Source of the DNA: an uncultured Acidobacteriota bacterium
GTDB lineage: Bacteria > Acidobacteriota > Thermoanaerobaculia > Multivoradales > UBA5704
Length of the DNA: 64,000 bases
Direction: 5' to 3'
NCBI GenBank assembly: GCA_963770895.1
Contig: CAVYRF010000002.1
Coordinates: forward strand, 2,752,001-2,816,000
Shown here: piece by piece, positions 7,898 through 17,542 of the stretch
Layout: each line of letters opens with the position of its first letter
Numbering within the stretch: position 1 is the stretch's first letter
Translations under genes and position numbers: made by a program
The notes under the pieces: generated by a model
What the model saw: only the letters and a program-made list of their open reading frames with translations
What the model was told of the DNA's origin: nothing
Database searches by the model: none

Positions 7898-10239
7898 TCC
7901 CGCTGGCCGGCAATCCGAACCAGTCGGTCGGGCGGTTCGCGATCAAGGACTTCCTGGGCCGCGGCGCCATCGGCGACGTGCTGCTCGCCTGGGACCCGGT
8001 GCACGAGCGGGACGTCGCCCTCAAGGTGATGCGGGTCGGCAAGACCGACCCCGACATGCTGGAGGCGGAGCGCAACGGCGTGTCGCTGCAGGCGCAGCTG
8101 GCCACCGCCGCGCCGCAGGTGGCGGCGGTCTACGAGACGGGGCAGGAGGGCGATCTCTATTGGGTCGCCATGGAATACATCGCCGGCGTCGACCTGGCGG
8201 CGGTGATGGCCGGCGGACCGCTGGCCGAAGCGCGCGCCGTCGCCATCGCCCTGGAGCTGGTGTCGATGCTGGAGGTCTGCCACGACTTTTCGGCCGAAGT
8301 GTCGGGCCGCCGCATCTACGGCATCGTGCACGGCGACATCAAGCCGGAAAACATCCGCCTGCAGGAGGCGGACCGGGTGCGGGTGCTCGACTTCGGCATC
8401 GCCAAGCACCTCACGCAGACCCGCCGCTTCACCGTCAACCTGTTCGGCAGCCTCCCCTACACCCCGCCCGAGCGCCTGGAGCGCGGGGTGGTGGACCGCC
8501 ACTCCGACCTGTGGGCGGTGGGCGTCGTCCTGGCGGCGATGGTCCTGGGGCGCCGCCCTTTCCCCGGCAACACCCCCGAGGAGCTGGAACAGGTCCTGCG
8601 CCGCGGCGGCCGCCGCCTGCCGCTGCCGGCGACCTGCTCGCCGGGGCTGGCCCACGTCGTCGACCGTTCGCTCTCCTTCGAGGTCGGCCGCCGCTACCAG
8701 ACCGCTGCAGAAATGAAGGCCGATCTGGCCGCGTTGCGCGACGGCCGGCCGGTGGCGGCGCCGGCCGCGGCGGCGCCCGATGCCGCCGGCGCCGGCGGCG
8801 ACGTCCACGCCACGCGGCGCACCGCCCGGCCGCTCTCCGCGCAGGAGGTTGCGGCCGCCGAGGCCACGCGCCGCACCGAGCGCCCCACAGGGACGCCGGC
8901 CGGCGGCGCCGCCGGCGGTGACACCCGCCGTACCGGCGCCGCCGCTGCCGCGGCAGCGGTGGGTGGCGCCGCCGCGGCGGCGGGGGTCGGCGTGGTTGCC
9001 GCGGCCGGCTTGGGCGCCGGTGGGGGTATGGCTGCGGGAATGCTTGCGGGCGGTGGTGCGGGAGCGGGGGTCGCTGGCGGCGGCGCCGGCACTGCCGCCG
9101 GCGGGCCGGCGTCGTGGCCGACGGCGCCGCTGGCGGTGGTCCCCAGGCCGCCGGGCGGGGTCGCGGCCGATTCGCCGGCCGCGGCGCTGCCGCTGGCAGC
9201 GGCCCCGGCTGCCGCGGCGGCGGCACCGGCATCGCCGCTGGCGGCGTCCGCGGCGTCCGCTGTGCCGGCGGTGCCGGCGGGGTTGCCGCGCCCGCGGCAT
9301 CGCCTGCGCCGGGTTCTGCTGGTCCTTGCCGTCGCGGCGCTGCTTGCCTTTGGCGGTGCCCAGCTGTGGGCCTGGAACCAGGCGCAGCAGCTGCGCCGCG
9401 ACCTGGCCGACGCCCAGCCCGACCTGGACGCGGTGGCCGCCCGCTACCAGCAGGTGGTGCCGTGGTGCTGGGTCTCCGCGGACCTGTTCGGCGTGGGGGA
9501 CGAACTGGTGCGGTCGCTGACCGGCGGCGCCAGCCGCATCTTCGACAGCTACCACGGCGACGACCCCACGACCACCCAGCGAGGGTGGCAGACCGCCTAC
9601 CGCCTGCTGCACACCGCGGCGCAGATCGCCCCGCGCGATCGCGCCATCCGCGCGCGGATGCTGTACGCGCACGGCCACCTGGATCGCATCCAGTCGATCG
9701 CGCTACGCACCCAGGGCAACCGCAACCAGGCCCTCGACACCAGCCGCCAGGCCGCTGCCGAGTTCCAGGAGGCGGCGCAGGCGGACCCCACCTGGCCAGA
9801 CCCTTTCCTCGGTCTTGCTCGTATCTATGCCTATGACCAATTCGATCTCGACGCCTTGCAGAAGACGCTGGGCGAGCTGGGTCGCCGCGGCTATCGCGTC
9901 GGCCGGCGCGAAACCGCGATGCTCGCCGACGGCTTTCGCATGCGCGGCCTGGGGGCCGAAGCGCGCGCCGACCGCGCCGGCGGTCGCGACGCCGAAGCGC
10001 AGCTGCTCAAGCAGGCGCAGGACGATCTGCAACAGGCCGTGCGCTTCTACGGCGACATCAGCGGCTACGCTGCCGCCGCCAGCAACCGCCAGGACTGCGA
10101 AGAGCATCTCGAAGCGGTCGCGGCGCGCCTGGCGGCCATGCGGCCGCCGCGGCCGCCCGGCGTCGGCGGCTTCTGGGAGCGGGTGGGCCGCGCCCTGGTG
10201 CACGAATTCGCCAAGCCGGGCGGCGGTGGCGGCGGCTGA
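7894..10239 (+). CDS. Hanks-type Ser/Thr protein kinase with TM helix and helical (TPR-like) extracytoplasmic domain
   Basis: LGRGAIGDV, VALK, HGDIKPEN, DFG, YTPPE, SDLWAVG; TM VLLVLAVAALLAFGG. Confidence 0.93.
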   Translation: MIPLAGNPNQSVGRFAIKDFLGRGAIGDVLLAWDPVHERDVALKVMRVGKTDPDMLEAERNGVSLQAQLATAAPQVAAVYETGQEGDLYWVAMEYIAGVDLAAVMAGGPLAEARAVAIALELVSMLEVCHDFSAEVSGRRIYGIVHGDIKPENIRLQEADRVRVLDFGIAKHLTQTRRFTVNLFGSLPYTPPERLERGVVDRHSDLWAVGVVLAAMVLGRRPFPGNTPEELEQVLRRGGRRLPLPATCSPGLAHVVDRSLSFEVGRRYQTAAEMKADLAALRDGRPVAAPAAAAPDAAGAGGDVHATRRTARPLSAQEVAAAEATRRTERPTGTPAGGAAGGDTRRTGAAAAAAAVGGAAAAAGVGVVAAAGLGAGGGMAAGMLAGGGAGAGVAGGGAGTAAGGPASWPTAPLAVVPRPPGGVAADSPAAALPLAAAPAAAAAAPASPLAASAASAVPAVPAGLPRPRHRLRRVLLVLAVAALLAFGGAQLWAWNQAQQLRRDLADAQPDLDAVAARYQQVVPWCWVSADLFGVGDELVRSLTGGASRIFDSYHGDDPTTTQRGWQTAYRLLHTAAQIAPRDRAIRARMLYAHGHLDRIQSIALRTQGNRNQALDTSRQAAAEFQEAAQADPTWPDPFLGLARIYAYDQFDLDALQKTLGELGRRGYRVGRRETAMLADGFRMRGLGAEARADRAGGRDAEAQLLKQAQDDLQQAVRFYGDISGYAAAASNRQDCEEHLEAVAARLAAMRPPRPPGVGGFWERVGRALVHEFAKPGGGGGG

Positions 10240-10252
10240 CCGGGCGGGCCAC

Positions 10253-10418
10253 TAATGTCCTGTACCAGCAAGATCCGCAGTGTCTGGCTTGCCCTCGACG
10301 GCTGGGGCTGCGTTGCGCCTCCTCGACATAGTTTCGACTATGCCTGCGTCGGCGACGCCTTGCCCCCGCCGCCGATTGCGGCGCCATCCACTGCGGATCT
10401 CACTGGTACAGGCCATTA
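10253..10418. mobile_element. MITE/REP-like element, 166 bp, with 30-bp terminal inverted repeats (27/30 identical)
   Basis: TAATGTCCTGTACCAGCAAGATCCGCAGTG (10253-10282) versus the reverse complement of 10389-10418; TA at both ends; internal CATAGT-TTCG-ACTATG hairpin. Confidence 0.75.
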
Positions 10419-10422
10419 AGCC

Positions 10423-13400
10423 ATGGGCGTCACCATCAGCCGCGCGGCGGAGCGCGGGCAGCGGCCGGCTGGCGGCGGCGGTGGCCGGCTCGGCCTCGAT
10501 GTGCCGCCGCGGCGCGGCCGCGAGGCGGCGCTGCTGGCGCTCGCGGCGGCAGCGGCGGTGGTGGCGATCGTGCTCACCTGGCTCGCCGTGTCGCGGCCGC
10601 TCGCCGACCAGAAGGCCCGCCTGGCCGGCGGCACCCTGATCAACCTCAACGACATGCCGGCGACGGGCGGCGGCATCCTGCCGCTGCTCTCTTTCGTGCC
10701 GAGCCCGCAGGAGCGATCCTTCATCGCCGATCGCATCCGCGGCCGGCTGGCGGCGGCATCGATCGGCAACGTCGGCGAGCTGGGGCGGGTGATGGTGCCG
10801 GCGGCCGAAGTGGACGCCCGCCGTATGCCCGGTCTGGCCGCCCGCCTGGCCGCCTCGGGGCGCGATCGGGTGGCGCTGCTGTCGACGGCAGAGGTGCGGC
10901 AGCTCAAGCCGCTGGTCGTGGTGCGCACGCCGGCCGAGTACCGCACGTCCTTTATCGTCGGCGCGGTGCTGCTGCTTGCCGGGTTCGCCGCCGCCCACGC
11001 CGTGCTGCGTTTCAAGCGCTTTGGCGGCGACCAGCTGCTGCTGCCGGCGCTGCTGCTGTTCTGCGGTCTGGGCTTCGCCGTCATGGCCAGCCTGCGCGAT
11101 CCGCTGCGCGACCTGCCGCTGCACCTGCGCTTCGCGCAGGGGGTGTTCGCCGGGTGCGGCTGCTTCCTGTTGGGCGCCCTGGTCGACCTGGAGCGCTCCA
11201 TCCTGCCGCGGCGCGGGATCTGGGCGTTGAGCGCCGCGGCGCTGCTGTCGGCGCTGCTGATCGTCTTCGGCGTCGGGCCGGGGGTGAGCGACGCCAAGGT
11301 CAACTTTCTGGGCTTTCAGCCGGTCGAGCTGATCAAGCTGCTGATCGCGATCTTCCTGGCCGGCTACTTTGCCGATCGCTGGGAGCTGCTGCGCGAGGTG
11401 CCCGAGCGCCGGGTGCCGCTCGGGCCGATCCGCCGGATCTTCCCGCTGCCGCGGCTCGAATACGTGCTGCCGCCGCTGGTGGCGATCGGCCTCATCCTGT
11501 TCTTCTTCTTCCTGCAGAAGGACCTGGGGCCGGCGCTGGTCCTGGCCTGCCTGTTCCTGATCCTGTTTTCGGTGGCGCGCGGGCGCCCCGGCATGGCGAT
11601 TTTCGGGCTGGTCCTGGTCGCCGGCGCCTTCTACGTCGGCTACAAGCTGGGCTATCCGCGCACCGTGGGGCAGCGCATCGGCATGTGGCTGGCGCCGTGG
11701 GACACCTGGTTTCGCGGCGGCGACCACCTGGCGCAGGCCATCTGGTCGATGGCGGCGGGGGGAGCGACCGGCACCGGTCTGGGGCTCGGCGAGCCGGGCC
11801 TGGTGCCCGAGGCGCATACCGACATGGTGCTGTCGGCGATCGGCGAGGAGCTGGGCTTTGCCGGCCTGGCCCTGGTCGGCGTCCTCTACGCGGTCCTGGT
11901 GCAGCGCGGCCTGCGCGCCGCGCGCCAGGCGGCCACCGCCTGCGGCTTCTTTCTGGCCTTGGGCCTGACCTTGCTGCTGGCGCTGGAAACCGCGCTGATC
12001 GCCGGCGGCGTCCTGGGGCTGCTGCCGCTCTCCGGGGTCACCTCGCCGTTCCTGTCGTCGGGCCGGTCGGCGATGCTGGCCAACTTCCTGATGGCCGGGC
12101 TGCTCGCCGGGATCTCGTCGCGCGCCGCGCGGCCCGACGCGGCGCGGCCTTTCGCGGGCGGCGTGCGCTGGATCGCCGCCGGCCTTGGCCTGTTCGCCGC
12201 CGTCGCCGTGGTGCGCCTGGCCGACCTGCAGCTGCTGCGCTCCGACAGCTACCTGACGCGCGGCGCCGTGGTGCTGCAGGGCGACAACGTGCGCCGGTTT
12301 GTCTTCAACCCGCGCCTGGCGGCGATCGCCGCCACCATTCCGCGCGGCTCGATCGTCGACCGCTCCGGCGTGCCGCTGGCGACCAGCGACCCGGCCGAGA
12401 TCGCCAGCCATCGCCAGCAGCTGGCGCAGCTGGGAGCGACCGACCTGGGCGACGCGGCAACCGCGGCGCCGGCGCCGGCAGCGGCGACGGCGGCGATCCC
12501 GGCGACGCCGGCGACGCCGGGAGCCCCGGCGATCGCAGCGGTGGGGGCCGCCGGCGTCGAGCCGCACGCGCGCATCTACCCCTTCGGCGGGCGCACCTTC
12601 CACCTCCTGGGCGACGTGCGCAATCGGGTGAACTGGCGCGCCCGCAACAACTCCTTCGTCGAGCGCGACGCCCGCGTCCGCCTGCAGGGCTACGACGATT
12701 ACGCCGGCGTGGTGCCGGTTCGCCAGACCAACGGCAGCGAATCGCCGCAGGTGATCGTCGACTATCGCGAGCTGGTGCCGCTGCTGCGCCACCGCTACCA
12801 GCCGGACGATCCGCGGGTCAAGGCGATTCTGCAGCGCGACAGGACGGTGCGCCTGGCGATCGACGTGCGGCTCCAGCTGGCTGCCGAAGACGTGCTGCAG
12901 AAGGCGGCGGCACAGGCCGGTTTCGGCGCCGCCGCGGTGGTGCTCGACGCCGCCACCGGCGACCTGCTGGCGGCCGCGTCGGTCCCCTTCCCGGCGCACC
13001 TGCCGGCCGATCTGGGCGGCGACGCGAGCGGCGCGCTGCTCGACCGCGCCCGCTACGGCATCTACCCGCCGGGATCGACGTTCAAGATCGTCACCGCCCT
13101 GGCGGCGCTGCGCAAGGATCCGGCGCTCGCCACCCGCACCTTCGAATGCAAGCGGCTGCCGGACGGCCGCGTCGGCAACCGGGTGGAAGGGCGGCTGGTG
13201 CGCGACGACCCCACGGCGACGGTGCCGCACGGCACCGTCGACCTGGACCGCGGCATCCGCCACTCCTGCAACGCCTACTTCGCGCAGCTCGCGGTGTCCG
13301 GCGTGGGGGCGGCGCCGCTGCTCGCCACCGCCCAGCTGTTCGGCATCCCGATGGCGCGCCCGAACACCGCCGCCATGCTCGCCAAGGCCCTGCCGCAGGC

Positions 13401-13869
13401 GGCCTACGGTCAGGGCCAGGTGATCGCCACGCCCTTCCAAATGGCGCGCGTCGCGGCGGCCATCGCCGCCCAGGGGCAGATGCCCGAAGGGCACTGGCTG
13501 CTGGGCGCCGACAACCCGCGTTCAGGAGCGCCGGCGCAGGTGGCCGATTCCGCGGCGGCGACGATCGTCGCGCGGGCGATGCGCGGGGTGGTCACCGAAG
13601 GCACCGCGGCGGCGTTTCTGTCCGGCGTCCAGCCGCCCATCGCCGGCAAGACCGGCACCGCCGAGGTGCAGGACAAGAAATCGCACTCCTGGTTCATCGG
13701 CTTCGCTCCCTACGGCGACAACGCGCGCCGCCGCCTCGCCTTCGCGGTCATCGTCGAGCACGGCGGCTATGGCGGCAGGCTGGCGGCACCGGCGGCGGGG
13801 GAGATCGTGCGCCGCGCGGCGGCGATGGGCCTGTTCGACCAGGACGTGCCAAGGAGGACCGCCGAATGA
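10423..13869 (+). CDS. Fused SEDS glycosyltransferase (FtsW/RodA) and class B penicillin-binding transpeptidase
   Basis: FQPVELIK, QKDLGPA, PEAHTDMVLSAIGEELG, SGVTSPFLSSG (SEDS); PGSTFK, SCN, KTGT (PBP motifs). Confidence 0.93.
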   Translation: MGVTISRAAERGQRPAGGGGGRLGLDVPPRRGREAALLALAAAAAVVAIVLTWLAVSRPLADQKARLAGGTLINLNDMPATGGGILPLLSFVPSPQERSFIADRIRGRLAAASIGNVGELGRVMVPAAEVDARRMPGLAARLAASGRDRVALLSTAEVRQLKPLVVVRTPAEYRTSFIVGAVLLLAGFAAAHAVLRFKRFGGDQLLLPALLLFCGLGFAVMASLRDPLRDLPLHLRFAQGVFAGCGCFLLGALVDLERSILPRRGIWALSAAALLSALLIVFGVGPGVSDAKVNFLGFQPVELIKLLIAIFLAGYFADRWELLREVPERRVPLGPIRRIFPLPRLEYVLPPLVAIGLILFFFFLQKDLGPALVLACLFLILFSVARGRPGMAIFGLVLVAGAFYVGYKLGYPRTVGQRIGMWLAPWDTWFRGGDHLAQAIWSMAAGGATGTGLGLGEPGLVPEAHTDMVLSAIGEELGFAGLALVGVLYAVLVQRGLRAARQAATACGFFLALGLTLLLALETALIAGGVLGLLPLSGVTSPFLSSGRSAMLANFLMAGLLAGISSRAARPDAARPFAGGVRWIAAGLGLFAAVAVVRLADLQLLRSDSYLTRGAVVLQGDNVRRFVFNPRLAAIAATIPRGSIVDRSGVPLATSDPAEIASHRQQLAQLGATDLGDAATAAPAPAAATAAIPATPATPGAPAIAAVGAAGVEPHARIYPFGGRTFHLLGDVRNRVNWRARNNSFVERDARVRLQGYDDYAGVVPVRQTNGSESPQVIVDYRELVPLLRHRYQPDDPRVKAILQRDRTVRLAIDVRLQLAAEDVLQKAAAQAGFGAAAVVLDAATGDLLAAASVPFPAHLPADLGGDASGALLDRARYGIYPPGSTFKIVTALAALRKDPALATRTFECKRLPDGRVGNRVEGRLVRDDPTATVPHGTVDLDRGIRHSCNAYFAQLAVSGVGAAPLLATAQLFGIPMARPNTAAMLAKALPQAAYGQGQVIATPFQMARVAAAIAAQGQMPEGHWLLGADNPRSGAPAQVADSAAATIVARAMRGVVTEGTAAAFLSGVQPPIAGKTGTAEVQDKKSHSWFIGFAPYGDNARRRLAFAVIVEHGGYGGRLAAPAAGEIVRRAAAMGLFDQDVPRRTAE

Positions 13870-14900
13870 CCCTCGACCACATCCTCGACAAGCTCAAACA
13901 GTGGAAGCGCCCCTGGGCGGCCGGCAGCGAGCCGGTCGAGATCCATCGCGCGGTGCTCGAAGACATCGAAGCCCAGGTGGTGGCCGTGGGCGGCGGCCGG
14001 CGCATCTTCCCCTTCGATCGCGTCGAGGTGCGGCTGCTGGCGCCGGCTCCGGGCGAAAAAGAGCGCATGCAGGCGGTCGTACAGGAAGGCTGGGACCTCG
14101 AGCGCGAAGCGGTCGAGCGCCTGCGCGCGCAGTCGGTGCGGGTTCCCGCGGGCTTCGCCGTCAAGGTCGAGGTCACCGCCGACCCCGCCCCTGAGTTCGG
14201 CGGCCGGCGCTACGCCCTTGCCTTCCGCAGCACCGGCACGCGCGGCGAACCGGCGCCGGCACAAGATGCCCGCCCGCCGGCCGCCTCGCCGGCGCCGCCC
14301 GTGGCGACGGGTCCGGCACCGCAGGCGGCAGGGGGCGCGGTGCGCCAGGATGCGGTGGCTGCGGCACCCGAGGGCGATGTGGCGTATGCGACGGCGGTCA
14401 CCGAAGTGATGCCGGCGCCGGAGGCTGGCGGGGCGATGCTCGCCGCGACAGCGTCGCCCGCGGCGGCGGCACCTGCTCCGTCGCCCGCGCCGCGTGCCGC
14501 GCGCGGCGGTCCGCAGGCGCCGCCGGCGATCGGTCTGGCCGTGCTCAAGGGCAACGCGTCTCGCGACCGTTTCGACCTGCGGGCGGAGCGGATCTACCTG
14601 GGCCGCCTGGCGGAGGTCGTCGACGCCGCGGGCAGGGTCGTGCGCCGCAACGACGTCGCCTTTGCCGAGGAGGGCGACCTCAACCAGACCGTCTCGCGCG
14701 AGCACGCCCGCATCGCCTGGGACCCCGACAGCCGCGGCTACTGGTTGCGCGACGAAGGCAGCGCCGCCGGCACCCTCATCTTCCGCTCCGGCCGCTCGAT
14801 CGAAGTCAGCCGCCACGACCGCCGCGGCGTCCGCCTGCAGGACGGCGACGAGGTGTTCCTCGGCCGCGCCGTTCTGCGGGTGGACCTCCACGCTGGCTGA
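13866..14900 (+). CDS. FHA-domain protein (second copy)
   Basis: ATG 13866 overlaps the SEDS-PBP stop (ATGA); IYLGR...TVSREHARI...LRDEGSAAGT...LQDGDEVFLG. Confidence 0.88.
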   Translation: MTLDHILDKLKQWKRPWAAGSEPVEIHRAVLEDIEAQVVAVGGGRRIFPFDRVEVRLLAPAPGEKERMQAVVQEGWDLEREAVERLRAQSVRVPAGFAVKVEVTADPAPEFGGRRYALAFRSTGTRGEPAPAQDARPPAASPAPPVATGPAPQAAGGAVRQDAVAAAPEGDVAYATAVTEVMPAPEAGGAMLAATASPAAAAPAPSPAPRAARGGPQAPPAIGLAVLKGNASRDRFDLRAERIYLGRLAEVVDAAGRVVRRNDVAFAEEGDLNQTVSREHARIAWDPDSRGYWLRDEGSAAGTLIFRSGRSIEVSRHDRRGVRLQDGDEVFLGRAVLRVDLHAG

Positions 14901-15070
14901 GATACCCCGGATGGGGTGGGCGGGCGGCCCAAAGCGCGTTACACTGCGGTAGCACGTCCGGGCATAACCCCTATTCAAGGGGCTTGCTGGGTGCCGCGAA
15001 CGCTGGAACGGCAGCGCTCGCGCGTCATCCTGCATGACTGGGTCCCGGCGTCACATGGGGGCAGGACCAG

Positions 15071-15568
15071 ATGAGCATTCGCAGCTCAAACGGCAGCGGT
15101 TCGCAAAGTCGCAAACCGGCAAACCACCGCGCTCACCGTGCCTACACCTCGCGCGAAGCCGCCGAGGTGAGCGGTGTCCCATTCTTCACCGTCGACTACT
15201 GGGGGCGCATCAAGTTCGTCGTGCCCAGCGTGTCCAAGGGCTCCGGGCGCGGCAAGGGGCGCCAGCGGATGTACTCCTACGGCGACATCATCCGGCTGCG
15301 CATCGCCCGCGAGCTGCGCGACCAGAAGATCTCGCTCGAAACCCTGCGCAGTGTGATGCACAAGCTCACCGGCGTCACCGGCGATCTCGCCAAGGCGCCC
15401 TTCGTCCTGGTCGGCCGCAAGGTCGAAGTCGCCACCAGCGCCGCCCAGCTGGCGACCCTGCTGCGCCGCCCCGGCCAGCGCACCTTCGGCGTCGTCCTGG
15501 ACCTGCGCGCGGTGCTCAAGACCGTGCACCAGAACTCGCGCACCCTGGAAGCCGCGCGCCAGGACTGA
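15071..15568 (+). CDS. MerR-family HTH transcriptional regulator
   Basis: YTSREAAEVSGV...DYWGR...RMYSYGDIIRLRIARELRDQKISLE. Confidence 0.85.
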   Translation: MSIRSSNGSGSQSRKPANHRAHRAYTSREAAEVSGVPFFTVDYWGRIKFVVPSVSKGSGRGKGRQRMYSYGDIIRLRIARELRDQKISLETLRSVMHKLTGVTGDLAKAPFVLVGRKVEVATSAAQLATLLRRPGQRTFGVVLDLRAVLKTVHQNSRTLEAARQD

Positions 15569-15761
15569 GCCCGCCCCGCCGTCGCCGCGTCCCTGGCGCG
15601 GCGGTCCCATGGACCTGCCGGAGTGCCGGCCGCAGATGCGGAGGCAGGAACCTCCTGCGCCCCTTGGCGCCGCCGGAGGCAGGCGCCGCGCGTTCGCTAT
15701 AAATCGGCGATTTCGCCTATACTTTTTTTGCGGGGCTTTTCTCATTCATAGGAGCGAAACG

Positions 15762-16457
15762 ATGAAGCGTGCTGCAAAGCCCGTTTGGTGCTGCTGTCTG
15801 CTGGTTCTCAGTCTGCTGTCCGCGGCCGTCCCTGCCGCCGCGGCGTCGCCCGCGGCTCCGGTTGCGACCGATGCGCACCTGTCGATCGTGCCGATCGGCG
15901 TCGCCCGTACGTTCAAGCCCGGTACCATCGTCACGGTCGTGGGTTCGGCGACCGTCCCGTCGGGAATCTTCTCTTCCAGCTTTGGCGACGAAGGCTTCGC
16001 GATCCAGGACGCCACCGGCGGCATCTATGTCAGCATCGCCGACAACCTGAACATCAAGCTGCAGCAGCGCGTCGAGGTCACCGGCACGCTCACCGAAAGC
16101 TCGGGTCTGCTGACCCTGGTGCCCGCCGCCGACAGCGACGTGACCGTCGAAGGCCGCGGCTTCCGGGTGCGTCCGCGCTGGCTGCGCACCGGCAACGTCG
16201 GCCCCGCCAACCAGGGCCTGCTGGTCAACGTCGTCGGCATCATCACCCAGCCGATCGAGCCCGATCCGCCCTACGGCAACAAGATCTTCGTCTCCGACGG
16301 CTCCGGCCCGATCCGCATCTTCATCAACACCTCCGCCAACATCGACCTCACCGGCCTGGCCCCCGGCCAGATCCTGTCGGTCACCGGCTTCAGCAGCGCC
16401 TTCGACACCCCGGAAATCGACCCCCGCTTCCAGACCGACCTCCGCCAGCCGCACTAG
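15762..16457 (+). CDS. Secreted tandem OB-fold protein
   Basis: AGGAG RBS; signal peptide; two OB-like units (FAIQDATGGIYV...VEVTGTL; IFVSDGSGPIRIF...LSVTG...PRFQTDL). Confidence 0.7.
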   Translation: MKRAAKPVWCCCLLVLSLLSAAVPAAAASPAAPVATDAHLSIVPIGVARTFKPGTIVTVVGSATVPSGIFSSSFGDEGFAIQDATGGIYVSIADNLNIKLQQRVEVTGTLTESSGLLTLVPAADSDVTVEGRGFRVRPRWLRTGNVGPANQGLLVNVVGIITQPIEPDPPYGNKIFVSDGSGPIRIFINTSANIDLTGLAPGQILSVTGFSSAFDTPEIDPRFQTDLRQPH

Positions 16458-16742
16458 CCTCCGCCCTGGCGGCACCGCGGTGGCCCGCCTCGCAGCGGGC
16501 CGCCGGCCGCCCGCCGCCGCCCGCCATCGCCGCGGTCGGGGAAGCTCCCCCGCCCCCCAGCGGCCGGCCCAGGGTAGTGTCCCTATTTGTTTTCCGCACC
16601 CGGCGGATCGCCAGGCCGCCGCAGATCTGCTGTAGGTTCCCCCCTTAGAGGGGAGGGCCGCTCCTTCCCGGCACACACCAAACGGCCCCGGTGAAGGCCG
16701 AGAACCGACACCGGGACCTGACCCAGCAGGAGGTCTAGCCTC

Positions 16743-17114
16743 ATGCCGAGCTACGCCCATCTTAATCCGCCACGCTGGAAGGAATCTCGCTGTATCCGAG
16801 AAACGATGCTGCTCTACGTAGATGACCCTGCGGCCCGCAAGGCGCTCCGCAGAGTGGGCAGCCTCATCTACGACTGGGCCGTCGAGGCGACCGGGTTGCC
16901 GGACCCCGAGTCCTCGACCCGGAGGGAGCTGCGCGCCGCGGCCAAGGAGCTGCGGCACATCCAGGGCTACCTGGTGTCGATCGCTGAGGAGCCGGAGGCA
17001 TCGGTCCTGACCCGATCCGACACCGAGCTGGCCTACTTTGCCGGCGACTTGGCCGAGGACGTCCAGGCCCTCGGCCAGGCGATCGAGGACAAGCTGAAAG
17101 GGGACCGCCGATGA
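16743..17114 (+). CDS. Hypothetical helical protein (transposon cargo)
   Basis: AGGAGG RBS; ATGA coupling to the next gene. Confidence 0.7.
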   Translation: MPSYAHLNPPRWKESRCIRETMLLYVDDPAARKALRRVGSLIYDWAVEATGLPDPESSTRRELRAAAKELRHIQGYLVSIAEEPEASVLTRSDTELAYFAGDLAEDVQALGQAIEDKLKGDRR

Positions 17115-17542
17115 GCCGTGCCCCAAGGACCACCGCCGACCTGGAGGAAGCCCGGCGGCTGGGTAAGGCGCTCCTCGCCCTGCGCATCTCGCAGTCGTTG
17201 ACACAGCGTCAGCTCGCAGAGGCGGCGGGCATACGGCAGTGGACGAAGATTGGCCTCATCGAGCGAGGGAAGCACTTCCCCCATCCCTGGACCCTGAAGC
17301 GGATTCTGGACGCGATGGACCTGGGTTTCGACGCTCTCTACCGGGCGCAGGCGTTTGTACTGAGCCCGCAGTGCGATGAGCTGGAGGGGATTGCCGGCGC
17401 AGTATTCGAACCCGAGGCCGGCCGCCAGGCAGCCCTGAAGCTCGCCCAAGATGTGGGCAGGGCGGTGGCCGGCTGCTGCCTGGCCTTCGTGGAGATGGGT
17501 TTCCCTGGGCGGGCAGCCGTCACCCCGAGGGTTCGGTCATGA
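17111..17542 (+). CDS. XRE-family HTH protein (cargo)
   Basis: LRISQSLTQRQLAEAAGI...IGLIERGKHFP...TLKRILDAM. Confidence 0.85.
   Translation: MSRAPRTTADLEEARRLGKALLALRISQSLTQRQLAEAAGIRQWTKIGLIERGKHFPHPWTLKRILDAMDLGFDALYRAQAFVLSPQCDELEGIAGAVFEPEAGRQAALKLAQDVGRAVAGCCLAFVEMGFPGRAAVTPRVRS

Noticed and set aside
10252-13494. Long antisense or alternative-frame ORFs (also 2506-4902, 31929-35624, 58721-61213 and the N-terminal parts of 11154-14900, 38505-42764, 37660-40737)
   Set aside because: Arg/Ala/Pro-rich shadows of real genes, expected in high-GC DNA; no motifs
15701-15713. AAATCG-G-CGATTT palindrome upstream of the OB-fold gene as a MerR operator
   Set aside because: Only 6-bp arms and no clear 19-bp-spacer MerR promoter; insufficient support
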